Part shown: one piece after another, positions 49,502 to 62,575 of the stretch | How positions within the stretch are numbered: position 1 is the first letter of the stretch | Layout: every line of letters begins with the position of its first letter | Origin: Podospora anserina | Taxonomy: Eukaryota | DNA: 64,000 nt | Direction: 5' to 3' | NCBI GenBank assembly: GCA_017654855.1 | Contig: CM030332.1 | Location: forward strand, 2,728,001 to 2,792,000 | Position numbers and translations under genes: made by a program | The notes under the pieces: model-generated | The model's input: the letters and a program-made list of their open reading frames with translations, nothing else | The model's database searches: none | What the model was told of the DNA's origin: nothing

Positions 49502-52044
49502 TTACACAAGTGCCCAGGAAGGAACAACCACATCCCCCACCCTCAAAGTGGGAAGTTGCGATTGGCTCGTCACTGCCATGTGCACCCCAAAAAAGACCTT
49601 GCCATCAAACCTCCTCGTCTTTGACAATGTCACAAACGGCTCCTGGCTCTTTTCCGCCGTGTCCTGGTTGATGCATACCATGTGACATCTCCTGCAAGAC
49701 CCCAACATCTCAAACCTGTGACCACCATCTCCTATTTTCAGATGTGACCACGAGTCTTCGGCGTAGGGCTCTATCGAACCTTGTGAGCCTTGTGAGGCCG
49801 GGGCAATCACAACGTTGGCTCGGAAAACATCTGGAGAGATTTCCCCCTTGTGGTTACCTGTCCTCCTGATCTCCTCATTGAGGGCATCCAGACTCGGAAG
49901 AGTGATAGCCAGTATGGGACTTTCATTGGACAATAATATGCGTCGTTCTTGGCCACTTCTTTCCGTGTCCGAGTCTGGTGGTGATGGTGGACGGTCTCCG
50001 GGAAACGAGCCAGGAAGTCGTGGTGTTTGATGAGAGGGTGTTGCCAATGGAAGTTGATGCTTCTGAAGATGAGCTTTTGAATGCCGCATACTTTTTCCTT
50101 GGCCTCCTGGGGGAAATCTGGCCAGCATGCAGGGCACTCCGAGGGCACCCGAGAAGAAATCATTGACCTCGTTCGAGACGTATGTTTGCGCTAGGATTTC
50201 CTCGCCACAAACTCGTGATGATCGCGACCCTAGTGTCGTTGGTTGCCGGAACAAGGAAGGGTTCTTAGAGAGTGGTATGCTTATTTCTCTAGGCTGGTGC
50301 AGTGGAAGTTGTCCGGCATATCTGACCCTTAGCTCGCCTCGATCGAAATCCAGTGTTGGCCGTACAAGTGCCATCTTTGGGTATCTCTTTTGGCTCAGAG
50401 CTTGACCAGTGCCTTGGTGAACCAGACACCATTCTCGATCCCAAGCAAGGCCTTCTGGTCGGACCTCCCAATCAACTCCTGGAGGAACCTGGAAATGACC
50501 GCAGCTTTTGATAGGGTATATACTTATACTGTGAACGCAAAGATCGGCCCGACTTGATTGCTGGGTTGTGTGTGATGTAAGAGGTGGTGGCAGAGTCAAA
50601 TCCTGGTAGAACTCTGTAATAAAGTCCACGAATGCATCGACATCTGAGATAGTACTCATGGCTCCAAGGCTCGCTCGAATGACGCCAGTCGGTTTTCCGG
50701 CCATAATGTCATTGTCGGTTCCGCACCGAAAGCCAGAGCTAAAGTTTTGCCTCATCTCCCAAGGCTCGAGACCAAGAGCTGAAGCGATACCTCCAGGGTT
50801 GCACACACCACCTGTGCGGATATGGAAGCCCTTTAGGGTAGCCAGCTTCTCGACTTCGGCCAGGCTCACCCATGCATTTTGGTTGTTTCGGATATTGAAG
50901 GCGACCACAGGACCACTACCCGCTTGTGGGTTAGGTTCTGGTGAATAGATGGTGCAGACCGGCCCGCCGTTCCCATGTCGTATTGACCGAAGACCGCGGT
51001 CCAGTCTTTGATGTAAAAACGCCGTATGTTGTGATACCTCCTTCATCGTACCGAACAATTGTTTTTGAACGTCCATAGCAGCGTCGAGCGCGATGATGTT
51101 GTGAATAGGTAATGTTCCATGTTCCAGACGCTCATGTAAGAACTGGTTCTTAGGGGCGTGCCACTGCTCCTTCACGCAAACAACAACCATATCGACAGTG
51201 CCGCCTCCGAAATACTTCATCGTATTGAAGACTTCTTCCGCTTGGCGTCTTACAAGCAGAGCACCTAGATCCGGGAAGCCGAATATCTTGTAGAAGCTCA
51301 AGACTATGAAGTCAGGGGCTCGCTCGACAGAACTGAGGTCGAGCGGTGAGGAACACACATATGCTGCCGCATCCAGTAAAGTGTATGTCCTATTCCTCGA
51401 TACATCTGTGTTGCAGCGGATCGTGTCTGACCACCGCAGAGGCAACCGACTGCCATCCATATTAGATTGCGCAGGGTATGCAAATAGAGTCGGTCTGTCC
51501 TCATGGCCTTCAAATGGGGTTTGACCCGTTGCCCATTCTTCAACCTGTCTGTCGTCCAGACAGAGGCTATTTCGAGCCTCTTCCCGGACACCGACTAGAC
51601 TGGTGTGACTCGCCTGATGATACGCATAGTTGAACCCATCAGGAGCAGCTCTCAGGGCATCTACAACAAGCTTGATTCCAGCTGTCGCATTGGCCACGAA
51701 CACCACATCAAAGTCGGCAGGGTCAGCATTGAAGAACTGGAGCACTCGGAGCCGAACATCTTCAATCCTCGATGTTGAAAGCTGGGATGAACTGGATCCA
51801 GAGTGGGGATTGCCATAAAGGTTCGATGTCATATCTCGGACGAACGAGTCCATCAATGATTTGGGGTATGGCGTCGTCCCAGCATGATCAAGATAAACGG
51901 ACCCTGACATTCATTAGCCAAATCTGCCTGTCAAGTTGCTAGATAGCTAGGAGCAATACCTTTGAGCATAGGGTACTCCTCATCTCGAAAGGCCTCCACT
52001 TTGGCATTGTAGCCGCTTGTCATCGCATTGTTGGACTTGTCCAT
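49502..52044 (-). CDS. hxB: Molybdenum cofactor sulfurase (NifS-like PLP domain + MOSC domain)
   Basis: Exon 1 52044-51960 (MDKS...FRDEEYPMLK) spliced to GSVYLDHAGTTPY; NLYGNPHS, LLDAAAY, SFYKIFGFPDLGAL (PLP Lys), RTGGVCNPGG (catalytic Cys); MOSC motifs IYPIKSC, DREWCLV, FRANVVI, CRRCHMVCINQ. Confidence 0.95.
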
Positions 52045-52459
52045 CGCCGCCCAACTGATTCAGCCAACCCAGGTCTCCAAAATCCAAGTACTTTCTCTAA
52101 CCTGGCCTGTCCTTCAACCTTGCCAACAAGTCGCAAAAGTCGCAGCATCTAGGAAGTGAGCTGCAACAAGAAGAGAAACAGCAATAGCAACAAGACATTT
52201 GAAGAGGCAAACAACGAACCCGGCCGAGCCCCAAGTCCCCGATAAGAAGCGGATGTCATCGGCTCCCGGCCGGCAGCGCCTGGGTACGGAGTTCGCCCCC
52301 TTCCACTTGACGTCGTTTTGTCATTGTCGCATGCGGGGAAGCGGGGAGCAGTTGGAGAAACCCCCACGAACCACAAGCCACACTTTATCAGCCACAGAAG
52401 CTGCAACGCCTCGGTTGAGGTTCGTGTTGCAGGTGGAGCTCCAGCCACCAAAATTTAAT

Positions 52460-52559
52460 TGAAACGCGCTGAAGCGCGCGACAAAGGCCCCACCCCAAGA
52501 CGCGCATTGTCGCGTTTCACAGGGGGGGGTGGAATTACCGTGGAATTGGAAGGCGCGAC
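52460..52559. promoter_or_regulatory. Cluster of MCB/SCB-like CGCG elements upstream of cdc6
   Basis: ACGCG 52464, GCGCGCGA 52474, ACGCG 52500, CGCGT 52511 and GCGCGA 52553 within 100 bp, about 180-280 bp upstream of the cdc6 ATG. CDC6/cdc18 genes are classic MBF targets in yeasts. Confidence 0.7.
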
Positions 52560-52740
52560 AGATCCCGAAAGAGACAAGAGCTCCATTTCACAATGCCAGG
52601 GCCCTCCTGCCTAACAACTATTTTCACCTTGTCTCTCCACCGTTGCCATCGCCAACAACTCCTTCCTCCGCGGGATCTCGGCCATCGTCAACTTGTGTAC
52701 TTCGTCACTAGCGCTTGCCAAAAGTAAACAAGCCGGCAAG

Positions 52741-54797
52741 ATGGTATCACCCACTCTTGGAAAGAGAACCCGGAGTTCAAAGGAGAACTCAGGTTTGTTA
52801 CTCACGTATTTCAAGGTCAAAGAGGCAGTGACAACTGACAGTTCTTTTGATCTACAGAGTCGGCAATCACCTTTGACCTTCCTGCCAAGCGCACTCGACG
52901 AACCCTTCGAAGCGCCACCATTGCGGATGAGCCAGAAGCCGAAAAGGAGAACGACATTGTAATAGCGGAAGACGAAGATGCGAGCGATGAGACTGGCGAG
53001 ACACAAGAAAAGAAGACAACCTGGAAAGAAAAGACCTTCAAAGATGTGCAAAAGACGCCCTCAAAATCACTCGCCAGACGAGCCTCGGTGGCCAGCACAG
53101 TCAAGAGCTCCGCCATCCCTCCCGTCACGCCTTCAACACCGCGTCACTACGATGTCTTCTCCAAGGGCGTCACAACCACTCCCCGGCACCGGGTCATGTC
53201 GGTTGGAAAGTTCTCCAAGCGCATGACACCCTCGACACCCCTCACCCCGTCCTCCGTTCAAACAGTCTACCACCAAGCGCGTCAGCTCTTCTCCCGCAGC
53301 GCGGACCCAGGGCAGCTCATCGGACGCGACGACGAAAGGGCGAAGATGAAGGGATTCCTCAGCCGGTGCACCACCTCCAAACCAAGCGGCTGCCTCTACG
53401 TCAGCGGGCCCCCCGGCACAGGCAAATCCGCCATGGTCAACCGCATCACCGACGAGACCGTCTCCGAGTCTGCTGACTCTTCCATCAAAAAAGCCTACAT
53501 CAACTGCATGTCAGCCAAGTCCTCCAAGGACCTGTACCATACCCTCCTCGACCAGCTCGTTACCCCCGAAGACCAGGAGACCGACCTCTCCGAAACCGAC
53601 GTGGTCGAAGCCCTGCAGAAACTCTTCATCCCCAAAAAGAAGTCGGCCTCGAACAAGGTGTATCTGATTGTCCTTGACGAAATCGACCACATCCTCACCC
53701 TCGACCCCGAGTCTTTGTATCGTGTATTCGAATGGTCTCTCCAGCCCACCGGCAGCCGACTCCTCATGGTCGGAATTGCCAACGCCCTCGACCTAACAGA
53801 TCGCTTCCTCCCCCGCCTCAAATCCCGGAACCTCAAGCCAGAAATCCTCCCGTTCTTGCCATACACAGCCCCCCAAGTCAAAAACATCATCACCACCCGG
53901 TTAAAATCCCTCTTGCCAGCAAACCACCCAGACCAGAACTTTATCCCCTTCTTCCACCCGGCCGCCATTGAGCTCTGCTCCCGAAAAGTCTCGACCCAAA
54001 CCGGTGATCTCCGCCGTGCTTTTGAGGTCTGCCGGCGAGCTATCGATCTTGTCGAATCTGAAACCAGGTTAAAGCACGAGAATGAAATCAAGGAAAACAT
54101 GCTGCAAATGTCGCCGTCAAGAAAGGTCCTGGGGGAGAAGCACAATTTTTCTCTTCCCAAGCCGGGGCAGCAGAGCAGCGTGTCTGGGCAGCTTATCAAG
54201 GCGTTGCAGGTGCTGACGGTGGAGACGGCGCCGAGGGTGTCAATTGGGCACTTGAACAAGGTTACTGCTGCGGCTTTCAGCAACGGGACTATGCAACGGT
54301 TGAAGGTGTTGAATCTTCAGCAAAAGGCGGCGCTGTGCTCGCTGCTGGCGATTGAGAAGCGGAATCGGGAGAGGGTTTCTTCTCAAGTTGGTGGTGGTAC
54401 GCCGAGTAAGAATTTGCCTGCGGCGCCGACGGTGAAGGCGCTGTTTGAAAGTTATACGAAGCTTTGCAAGACGGACTCGGTGTTGCATCCGTTGAGCTCT
54501 TCCGAGTTTAGGGAGGTGGTGGCGAGCTTGGAGATGGTGAGTTTGATTGCCGAGGTGGATGGGAAGATGGGGTCTTTTGGTGGGAGCGGGACGCCGGGGG
54601 GTTTGGCGAGGACGCCGAGCAGGAGGGGGAAGAAGAAGGATGTTTTTGGGATGGGGGATATGAAGGTTGGATTGGTGGCTGATGAGAGGAGGGTGGCGAG
54701 CTGTGTTGGGTTTAGGGAGATGGAGGGGGTTGTGGAGGGGGAGGGGAGGGGGCAGGGGATTTTGAGGAGGGTGTTGTCGGGGGAGGGGTTGGAGTAG
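52741..54797 (+). CDS. cdc6: Replication licensing AAA+ ATPase Cdc6/Cdc18
   Basis: Exon 52741-52792, intron 52793-52857, then in frame with ORF 53046-54797. Walker A CLYVSGPPGTGKS, YINCMS, Walker B LIVLDEIDHI, GIANALDLTDRFLPRL, TGDLRRAF; N-terminal S/T-P CDK sites. Confidence 0.96.
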
Positions 54798-55301
54798 GTG
54801 GTCGATGAGAGGAAGAAGAAACGGTTATTTTATATATGGTTCTGGCTGGTTCTGGAGTTTATTAAACCGGGTTTGGCTTGCGGAGTTGGTGGCTGGCTGC
54901 TGGGTTTTCAGTTGGGGGGAAAAATTGGCGCGGGTTGTATAAACATGGTTGAAATGGGGAGTTGTATAAAATAGCATACATAGGGCATGGCGTAGTGTTT
55001 ACTCTGTTTGAGGGGTTGAGAGGGAGATATTTTTAATACTGAGAGACTACCAGGTGTAGTGAAATACAAAAGTTGACAACACACATCCGACATCTCTCTC
55101 ATATCCAAATATTTGAGTTCACACACACACACACAGAGCATGAAGGGATTGGCTCAATAATATTTCATGTCTTTATAACAATTGTATAAATCATCCATCA
55201 ATCATTCTACATATTTCCTCTTTTGCCTGCTAAAACATTTCAACTTTGTATAAACCAATGACATGCAAAACCACATTTTCCCATCGCCCCCAAGAACAAG
55301 C

Positions 55302-57125
55302 CTAAGAATGAGTAGGCATGGCCACATCCGCCTTCTTGCTAATCGCATCCTCGGCGCTCCACATGGCCGTCACCGTCTTGAGCTGCGTGTAAAAGTTGAT
55401 CCCCGGCTTCCCGTAGAACGTGCTCGCGCCGCCGCCCGCAATGCTCTTCTTGTTGCCCGTGAAGCTGAACATGGGAAGGGGCACAGGAATAGGGACGTTG
55501 ATCCCGACCTGTCCAGCCTCAATCTTGCGTCTGAACGTCTCGGCCGTGGGACCGCTCCTCGTAAAGATGGCAACACCGTTGCCGTACTCGTTCTCATTGA
55601 TCAGATCGATTGCTTCGTCCAACGTGTCAACGTTGAGGCAAACGAGGACAGGGCCAAAGATCTCCTCCTTGTAGCACTTCATGTCCTTGGTGACGTTGGA
55701 GATGATGGTAGGAGCGACCCAGTTGCCGTTGGGGTACTTGGGTGGTTTGAAGCCCCTCCCATCAAGAAGGATAGTGGCACCCTCTTCCTCGGCCGAGGCG
55801 ATCAACCCCTCGATACGCTCCTTGCTCTGAGGGGAGATGACAGGCCCCAAATCAGCGCTCTCTTCAAACCCACCATTCACCTGCAGAGCCTTTGCTCGCT
55901 CGGCAAGCTCGGGAAGCCACTCTTTCGTCTCGCCCACCATGACAAGAGTCGACAAGGCCATGCAGCGCTGACCCGCGGCGCCAAAGGCAGCACCGACCAC
56001 CGCGTTGAGGAACTGGTTCTTGTTGCAGTCTGGGAGGACAGCAGCGTGGTTCTTGGCCCCGAGGTTGGCCTGGACACGCTTGCCGTTGGCGGAGCCGCGC
56101 GAGAAGATGTACTCGCCCGCCTTGTTGCCGCCGACGAAGCTGACAGCCTTGATGGCGGGCTCGTCGAGGATGAAGTTGACTGTGCGGTGGGCGCCGTGGA
56201 CAATGTTCACCACGCCCTCGGGGAAGCCCGCCTTCTTGGTGAGCTCGGCGAGGATCATGGCCGCGCCGGGGTCGCGCTCTGAGGGCTTGAGGATGAGCGT
56301 GTTGCCCGTGATGGTCGCCACGGGGATACACCAAAGCGGAATCATAGCCGGGAAGTCTACATCACACACACACGATTAGCCAACCTTTCCCTTTTCCCTC
56401 TTGAACAGGAACAACTCACTAAAAGGGCAAATGGCAGCCACAACCCCCAACGGCTCCCTATAAGTCCTAGTCTCCATATCCTTCGCAACCTCCAAAACCT
56501 CACCCTTCAACAACTCCGGCGCCCCGCAAGCCGCCTCAGCAACCTGCAACCCCCTCAGCACATCCCCCTTCGAATCCGCAAACGTCTTCCCCTGCTCCAG
56601 CGTAATGCTCGCCGCCAACCTATCCCAATTCTCCCTAATCAACCCCACAAACTTGAACATGATCTGCTGCCTGTGCAGCACGCTCGTCGCGCTCCAGCTC
56701 TTGAACGCCTTCTCCGCTGCCGCCACCGCAGCCTTTAGCTCCTCGTCCGTGTTCTGCGGGACCCGGGTAATCAACTCGTTCGTGGCCGGGTCGTGCAGGT
56801 CAATGTACTGCGAAGTGGCCGACTTGACGAACTCGTTGTTGACGAACCAGGGGGTATCGTACGCCGTCTGGAGCTTCTCGTGCGTGGTGGGGAAGTTGGT
56901 CGCCGTGCTGGCCAGGCCGTAGGCCGAGGCGGTTCCGGCGGGACGAAGGTGCTGAGCGGTGGCGTGTATCCTCCTCACGGCGGCGGCCGAGGCTGAGTGG
57001 GTGCTGTTCTTCGAGGGAGCCATTCTGAGTGCTGGAGACGAAGAACCCAACAGAGCGCTGGCTGATCGTTGCGAGGACGAGAAATGGGAGGAAGCCACAG
57101 CAGCTCGGGATGCGAAACGACGCAT
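55302..57125 (-). CDS. Methylmalonate-semialdehyde dehydrogenase (ALDH6), mitochondrial precursor
   Basis: Arg/Ser-rich presequence; intron 56357-56419 restores [53 protein letters not shown] (catalytic Cys), [27 protein letters not shown]. Confidence 0.96.
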
Positions 57126-57340
57126 GTTGAAAGGGAGAAGTCCAAAATGGTTGGCCCGATGGGCGGTATAGGATAGGACACGGGTTGGATGTGACAGCGG
57201 TCAATAGCTTGTCGAACTAGGTAGGCCGGCTTCTATATTAACCCCCGAATGGTTTGCTGCAGCTTTGCGAATTCGCCCCTGCTCGACTGGCTGTCCAAAA
57301 CTGCAGATGTCTTGAAAGACGGGGCCCCCTTTATCCGTCC

Positions 57341-57607
57341 CCCCAGCGACACCGCAGGGGGGAATGCCGCTTTAAAGACCGGACGTGAGGAGGGGAACTG
57401 AGCGGGTGAGCTTCCCCGCCATGCCATGGCCTCTTGCCTCCCTTCTCCGCAGCTCCAGTAAGCCGCGGCCTGCCGAACTCCAATCGGATGCTGCACAAGC
57501 AACCTGTCAACAGGTTTAGACTGGGGACGAAGCTCTCATGGGTCCTGCCAAGACGAAATCTGGGGTATCAAAACACAGTGAGCTTCCAAGTCAAGGCAAG
57601 GCTGGAG
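57341..57607. promoter_or_regulatory. Cluster of seven SYGGRG (CreA/CRE-1-type) sites upstream of the MMSDH gene
   Basis: ccccag 57341, ccccgc 57414, ctccgc 57445, ctccag 57453, ctgggg 57521, ctgggg 57560, ctggag 57602; TATA-like TTAATATA on the minus strand near 57234-57241. Confidence 0.45.
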
Positions 57608-57975
57608 GAGCTCGTTGTCCACTTCTGTCCACTTGATCAGATACTCGTTAGATAGCGTGATAGCGCGATAGCATGAACACTCGCACCAAACTATGACCAT
57701 CAGTAACTAACGCCGTTGTATTTTCTCACGCATGCCTATAAAATACATTTACGCCTGGATACACCTGCCCAAATCAAGAAAAACAGAAGAACGAAAAATC
57801 GTGTGCTCTTGCAATCAAGTCAAGTCGCCCATTTTCCTGATAACATCCGGATCACGTCACGTTCTGCATGACTGCCGGTTCCTGTCCCTTTGATATTAAC
57901 GGTATCCGAGACTACCTCGTGGTATCTGGGTATAAATCCTCCTCTCTCAAAATCCCCTCTTCATTTACTCCAGCC

Positions 57976-59858
57976 TTACGCCTTCCGCGTGTTGGTGCGC
58001 TTGGTGACCTCAGCCTTGGCCGTCTCGGCGCCAGTGGCGGCAGCCTCAGCGACCTTGTCCTTGGCCTCCTTGGCCTTCTCCTTGACCTCAGCGGCAGCCT
58101 TCTTGACAGGGGCGGGGTTGGTAGCAACGCCGACAATGCCGAAGATGAGGCCGAGGACGGTGAGGAGGACAGCGGCAATGCCGCCAGCAATCTCGGGAAC
58201 GAACTTGATGGCCTCAATGGGGTCGCGCTGGGCGATGGTCAAGAACAAGTCAAGCTTCTCAGTGATGTAGGTCTTGGGGTCATCCAAGAACTTGAGGTCG
58301 TTGGGAGAAGCGGGCTTGTCCTCCTCCTTGGGTCTCTCGGCCTCCTCAAGGGCCTCCTCAACGGGGTGCTTCTTGAAGAAAGTCTCCTCGGCGAGCTTGC
58401 GGGCATCCTCAACGGAGTGACCAATGTAGATGTTGTCGAAAAGGATATCCTTCTGCATGGTCCAGATCTCGTAGCCGATGGCACCAATGGGCTCAAAGTT
58501 GGCGGGGTTCTTGTCCTCGAAGTAGTCGGGGTTCTTGATCTTGCGGGGAGCCCAGACGCCCTTGTAGGCAGGGTTGTCAATGTAAGGAGCAGACCACTTG
58601 CCCTTGTAGTCGGGGTTCTTAATCATGGGCTTGGTCCAGGGGCCACAGCCAGAAACATCAGCGCACTTGGGGTTGGGGACAGTGGGGGCGATCCAGTCAC
58701 CATCCTCCTCATCATCCCAATCCTCGGGCTTCTGGGCCTCGGGGTCGGGGATGGTGAGGGGCTCATCGACGAGCCAGTCAGCAGGCTGAGTGGCATCCTC
58801 ATCGACAATCTCGTACGGGGCATCCTCATCCCAGTCATCGGGCTTCTTGGCATCGGGGTCCTGAATACGGGCCTCATCAACCCAGTCCTCGGGCTTCTTG
58901 TCCTTGGGGTCGTCAATCTCCTTGGGAGGGTTGACCGAAGGAGTAAAGTCCTCGAGGAGGCTGCCCTCCTTGACCTGCTCGCCGTTGATGCCAATGGAGT
59001 AGGTGTTGTTGGGGTGGACTGTGAGGGTGTAGAGCTCAGTAGTCTTGACAATCTTGGCCGAGGGCGCGGAAGAGAGATGCTTCTCCTCGTACTCCCCAGT
59101 CTTGGGGTTCTTGTGGTTGAAAATGAAGTGCACCTTGTTGGTGTGGCCGCACTTGTCGGGACCGAACATGATCACGTATGGGGTCGCGTTGGAGAACTCA
59201 TCCTGGTGGAGAGCCTTGTTATCCCGGAGGAGCTTCATATAAGCACCGCCGCATTCGAGGCCGTCTGTAGCAGGACGTTAGCAAGGTTGAGCGATTCGGT
59301 GCAGGTTGGAGTAGTAAAACGCACCTTGAAGCTTGACCTCATACTGAACGACGAGGGTCTTGCCCTTGGGGTCGATCTTCTTGGGGAATTTCGCCGAGAT
59401 GGCGTGGTGGGCAGCAGCGTTCTTGACAACAAGACCCTTGTCACCCTCCATGCCCTTGTAGACAGTGGGCTCCTCGACGGACCACTCGCCGATGTAGGCC
59501 CATTCTTCCTCAGAGCCCTTGGTATCCTTCTTGGCGTGGGAAGGCTTCCACCTTTGCTCCCAGTCGTCGGTGAACTGCTCGAGGAATGGGGCCTTGAGCT
59601 TGGTAGGCTGTGGAAGTCGGTTGTCAGCAAACAGTCGATGTGATTGATGCCATGGCCAGGCCAGTGCGGGGCAGACCATGACGATTGGAACAGGGCAAAA
59701 AAACTTACAGTAAAGGTTGGCAGAGGGGGGACCGACTTGGTCGAGGCCTCGGCGGCAGTGCTGGAGCTTTCCTCCTTGAGCACCTTCTGGTCGTCGGCGT
59801 AGACACCACCGGCCAGGATGGCTGCGCTGGCAGCAGCGGCAGCAACGTTGAACTTCAT
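57976..59858 (-). CDS. cnx1: Calnexin
   Basis: Signal peptide [62 protein letters not shown]-domain repeats [12 protein letters not shown] / [26 protein letters not shown]; single C-terminal TM segment. Introns approx. 59609-59708 and 59265-59324. Confidence 0.97.
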
Positions 59859-61314
59859 TGTGAAGGTAGACTGCTGTTCCAAGCAGCTATGGGTAGAGAT
59901 AAAGACAACGAAAGATATCCTCAACGGCGGAGATGGACACGATGGTTGGTTTCGGGCAATGGATGTCACTCCCAGAGCTCAGGGGAAAAAGAAGAAGCTT
60001 GTCGATGGGTTGTGGAAAGCCAACGTTGTGAATTTGAAGCTTCGGCGGATGAAATTCGACAACGTGTCTTTAACAGAGCTAACACCTGAGCTTAGAGCTT
60101 GGGGCGCCTGCAATACGGGCACACCAACTTGCGGGGACAGAAGGCTGGCTTAGCCGGGTGGGGGTGGCCCTAGCGCTGCATGGTGGAAGATCTTGGAATA
60201 TTCGATTGGCCAGATTTCCACGAGAACTGCTCCTGAACATGCTCCCATCTGATCATTATGCTCTTGCGATAGGCAGTGAATAGTGTCAAATTGAATATTT
60301 TTGTTTATTTTTCATGTTCCAGAGCTCTTTGTTTCTCGTTGCCATGTGAATGGCTCTCAATTGCTGTTCTTTGGGGCTGTTGGAGACACCGTTTCTCAAT
60401 GTGGGGCATTGGAGCTGACAGGTCCTCCACTCTCAGCCTTTCACATTCTTCTGCTTCAATATTCGAAACCACGCCGCCCAGAGGAAGCGGTACCGTTTCC
60501 CGAATGGTAATTATGGTAGTACGCCTAACTTGACCAGACAAGGCAGTCCGGTCGATTCAAGGTGAAACTTCGATGGCCACATATCTCGGCTCCGTGGTCT
60601 GGGTTTCCGCCTTTTGCTGACTGAGCAGGCGGCATTGAACAACCAGTTCCAAGCTGTCTTCCGGTCCTCAAGAGGCATAAATATGCAATTGGAGGTATGT
60701 GGTCTCTCGAGGGTCCCCGGTCAAGTTATTGACTGCATTTTCTGGACTTTATCCACTGTTTGGTATGGCTTATCTCTAAAGTGTATATCAAGCTTTATCT
60801 AACGCTACACCAGCTGTTCCTTTCTCTATTACCCAAGTTCTCTCACTGAAACCACGTGGAGACAAGTAACTTGGTCATACTCGAGAATCTCAAAGTCTTT
60901 TCCAGTGAAATATCACAAGTGCACATGTCCGATATCACTCTCTGGGTGGACCTGAGTAGCAATGCCGGGAGCTGCTAAAGTCGCCGCATGGCCTGTCCCG
61001 CCGAGTGTCCGCCCGTTCGTTCGCTCGGCAGACCAGTGAGTGGTGGGTAAGGTTGGGTGGTGTTTCGTTCGGAGCCACTCCGAACCGCAGCGGCCTTCCT
61101 TGTCGCAATTTAGCCCCAAATAGCCTCATTTTCGTTTTTGATACTGCCGACTTGCTCAAGATTTGCCGGTAAAGATAGACAGCCCTCTGTGTCTCTCCCA
61201 AACCCTTCAAACGACCACCTTGGCCTTTTGGAGACACCCCTGGTCCGACTCGGCCAGCCAATCCGACCCCGCAGCCTCCATCCATCGCCGTCATCCCGCC
61301 CACTAGCAGCGAAT

Positions 61315-62268
61315 ATGACCCCGCCAACCACCGGCCTGCCGGCCGAGAACACCACCGACGACAACGACCATCTCGTACAGTCTGATGACCCCGAGCACCC
61401 GGCGAACTTGATCCCCTCGCTTTGCGCAAAGTTCTGGACTCTCGGTTGGGTGACCGGCACCGGCGGTGGTGCCTCTATTCGCGATGAGTACTAAAATATT
61501 TCTCTCCTTATCGATAACCCCGCATATCACCACTATCACCCACCACCAGCGCAGCCATTGATAAGTCCAACACCAACTAACAAGCGCGATGTAGCGACCT
61601 AGTCTACCTCGCCCCTTCGGGTGTTCAAAAGGAGCTCATGAAGCCCTCCGACATCTACGTCCTCTCTCTCGCCGCCCAGGCGCAATCCCTCTCCCGCCGC
61701 CAGCGAGTCTACCTCCGCAGCCCACCGGTTTACAAGCCCAGCCAGTGCACCCCCCTCTTCCTCGCCGCCTTCACCAAGCGCAATGCCGGCTGCTGCATCC
61801 ACACCCACTCCCACTGGGCCGTCCTCGTGACGTTGATCCTCGAACAGCAAGGAAGCAAGGAGTTCCGCATCAACAACATTGAGCAGATCAAGGGGTTCGG
61901 CAAGGGCTTCCAGAAGAGCGGGAACCTTGGGTACCATGATACGCTTGTGATTCCCGTGATTGAGAACACGGCGCATGAGGAGGACCTGACGGAGTTTTTG
62001 GAGGAGGCAATGGACAAGTACCCGGATACGTATGCTGTGTTGGTAAGGAGGCATGGTGTTTATGTTTGGGGGGATAATGTCCACAAAGCAAAGACACAGT
62101 GTGAGAGGTATGCTTGTTGAAATTGCCACTCTTGCTTTCTGGAAAATAGACACTGACATGATCCTCGCCAGCTTGGACTACCTCTTCCAACTAGCCGTCG
62201 AGATGAAGCAGCTCGGTCTGCCCTGGATCACAGACATCGAGCCGACCATCCCAACAAGAAAGGATTAG
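61315..62268 (+). CDS. mde1: Methylthioribulose-1-phosphate dehydratase (methionine salvage; MtnB/APIP)
   Basis: [14 protein letters not shown] / [52 protein letters not shown]; introns 61488-61594 and approx. 62108-62172. Confidence 0.96.
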
Positions 62269-62575
62269 AGATATGACAGACAGCCACTTCAATAATGTCC
62301 AAATAATACCCAGTGACACAGCATCTCACGTCAAGCAACCACAAGCATCATCATTCAAATTTTAGCAATTCTTTTTTCCATTAAACCCTTCCATTACACC
62401 GCCACAACTAACTCCAAACCCAGAATATCCAAATCATACATTATGCCATTTCCCCCCTTCCGACCCTTTTAGGCCTCCTTTCTTACCCCCAGCCACAAGT
62501 AATTGATATTTCCCCAAAACTACGCACAAAGAATCGAAACCCCCGCTCCCCTTCCCCTTTTCCATCAACCCCCAT

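Noticed and set aside
55263..56282. 339-aa plus-strand ORF
   Set aside because: Antisense shadow of the MMSDH coding exon.
57868..59643. 591-aa plus-strand ORF
   Set aside because: Antisense shadow of the strongly codon-biased calnexin gene; no independent motifs.
60205..60222. ATTGG-N8-CCACG upstream of calnexin as an ER-stress element
   Set aside because: Spacing and orientation match neither mammalian ERSE nor ERSE-II, and fungal UPR acts through Hac1; only the CCAAT box itself is plausible.
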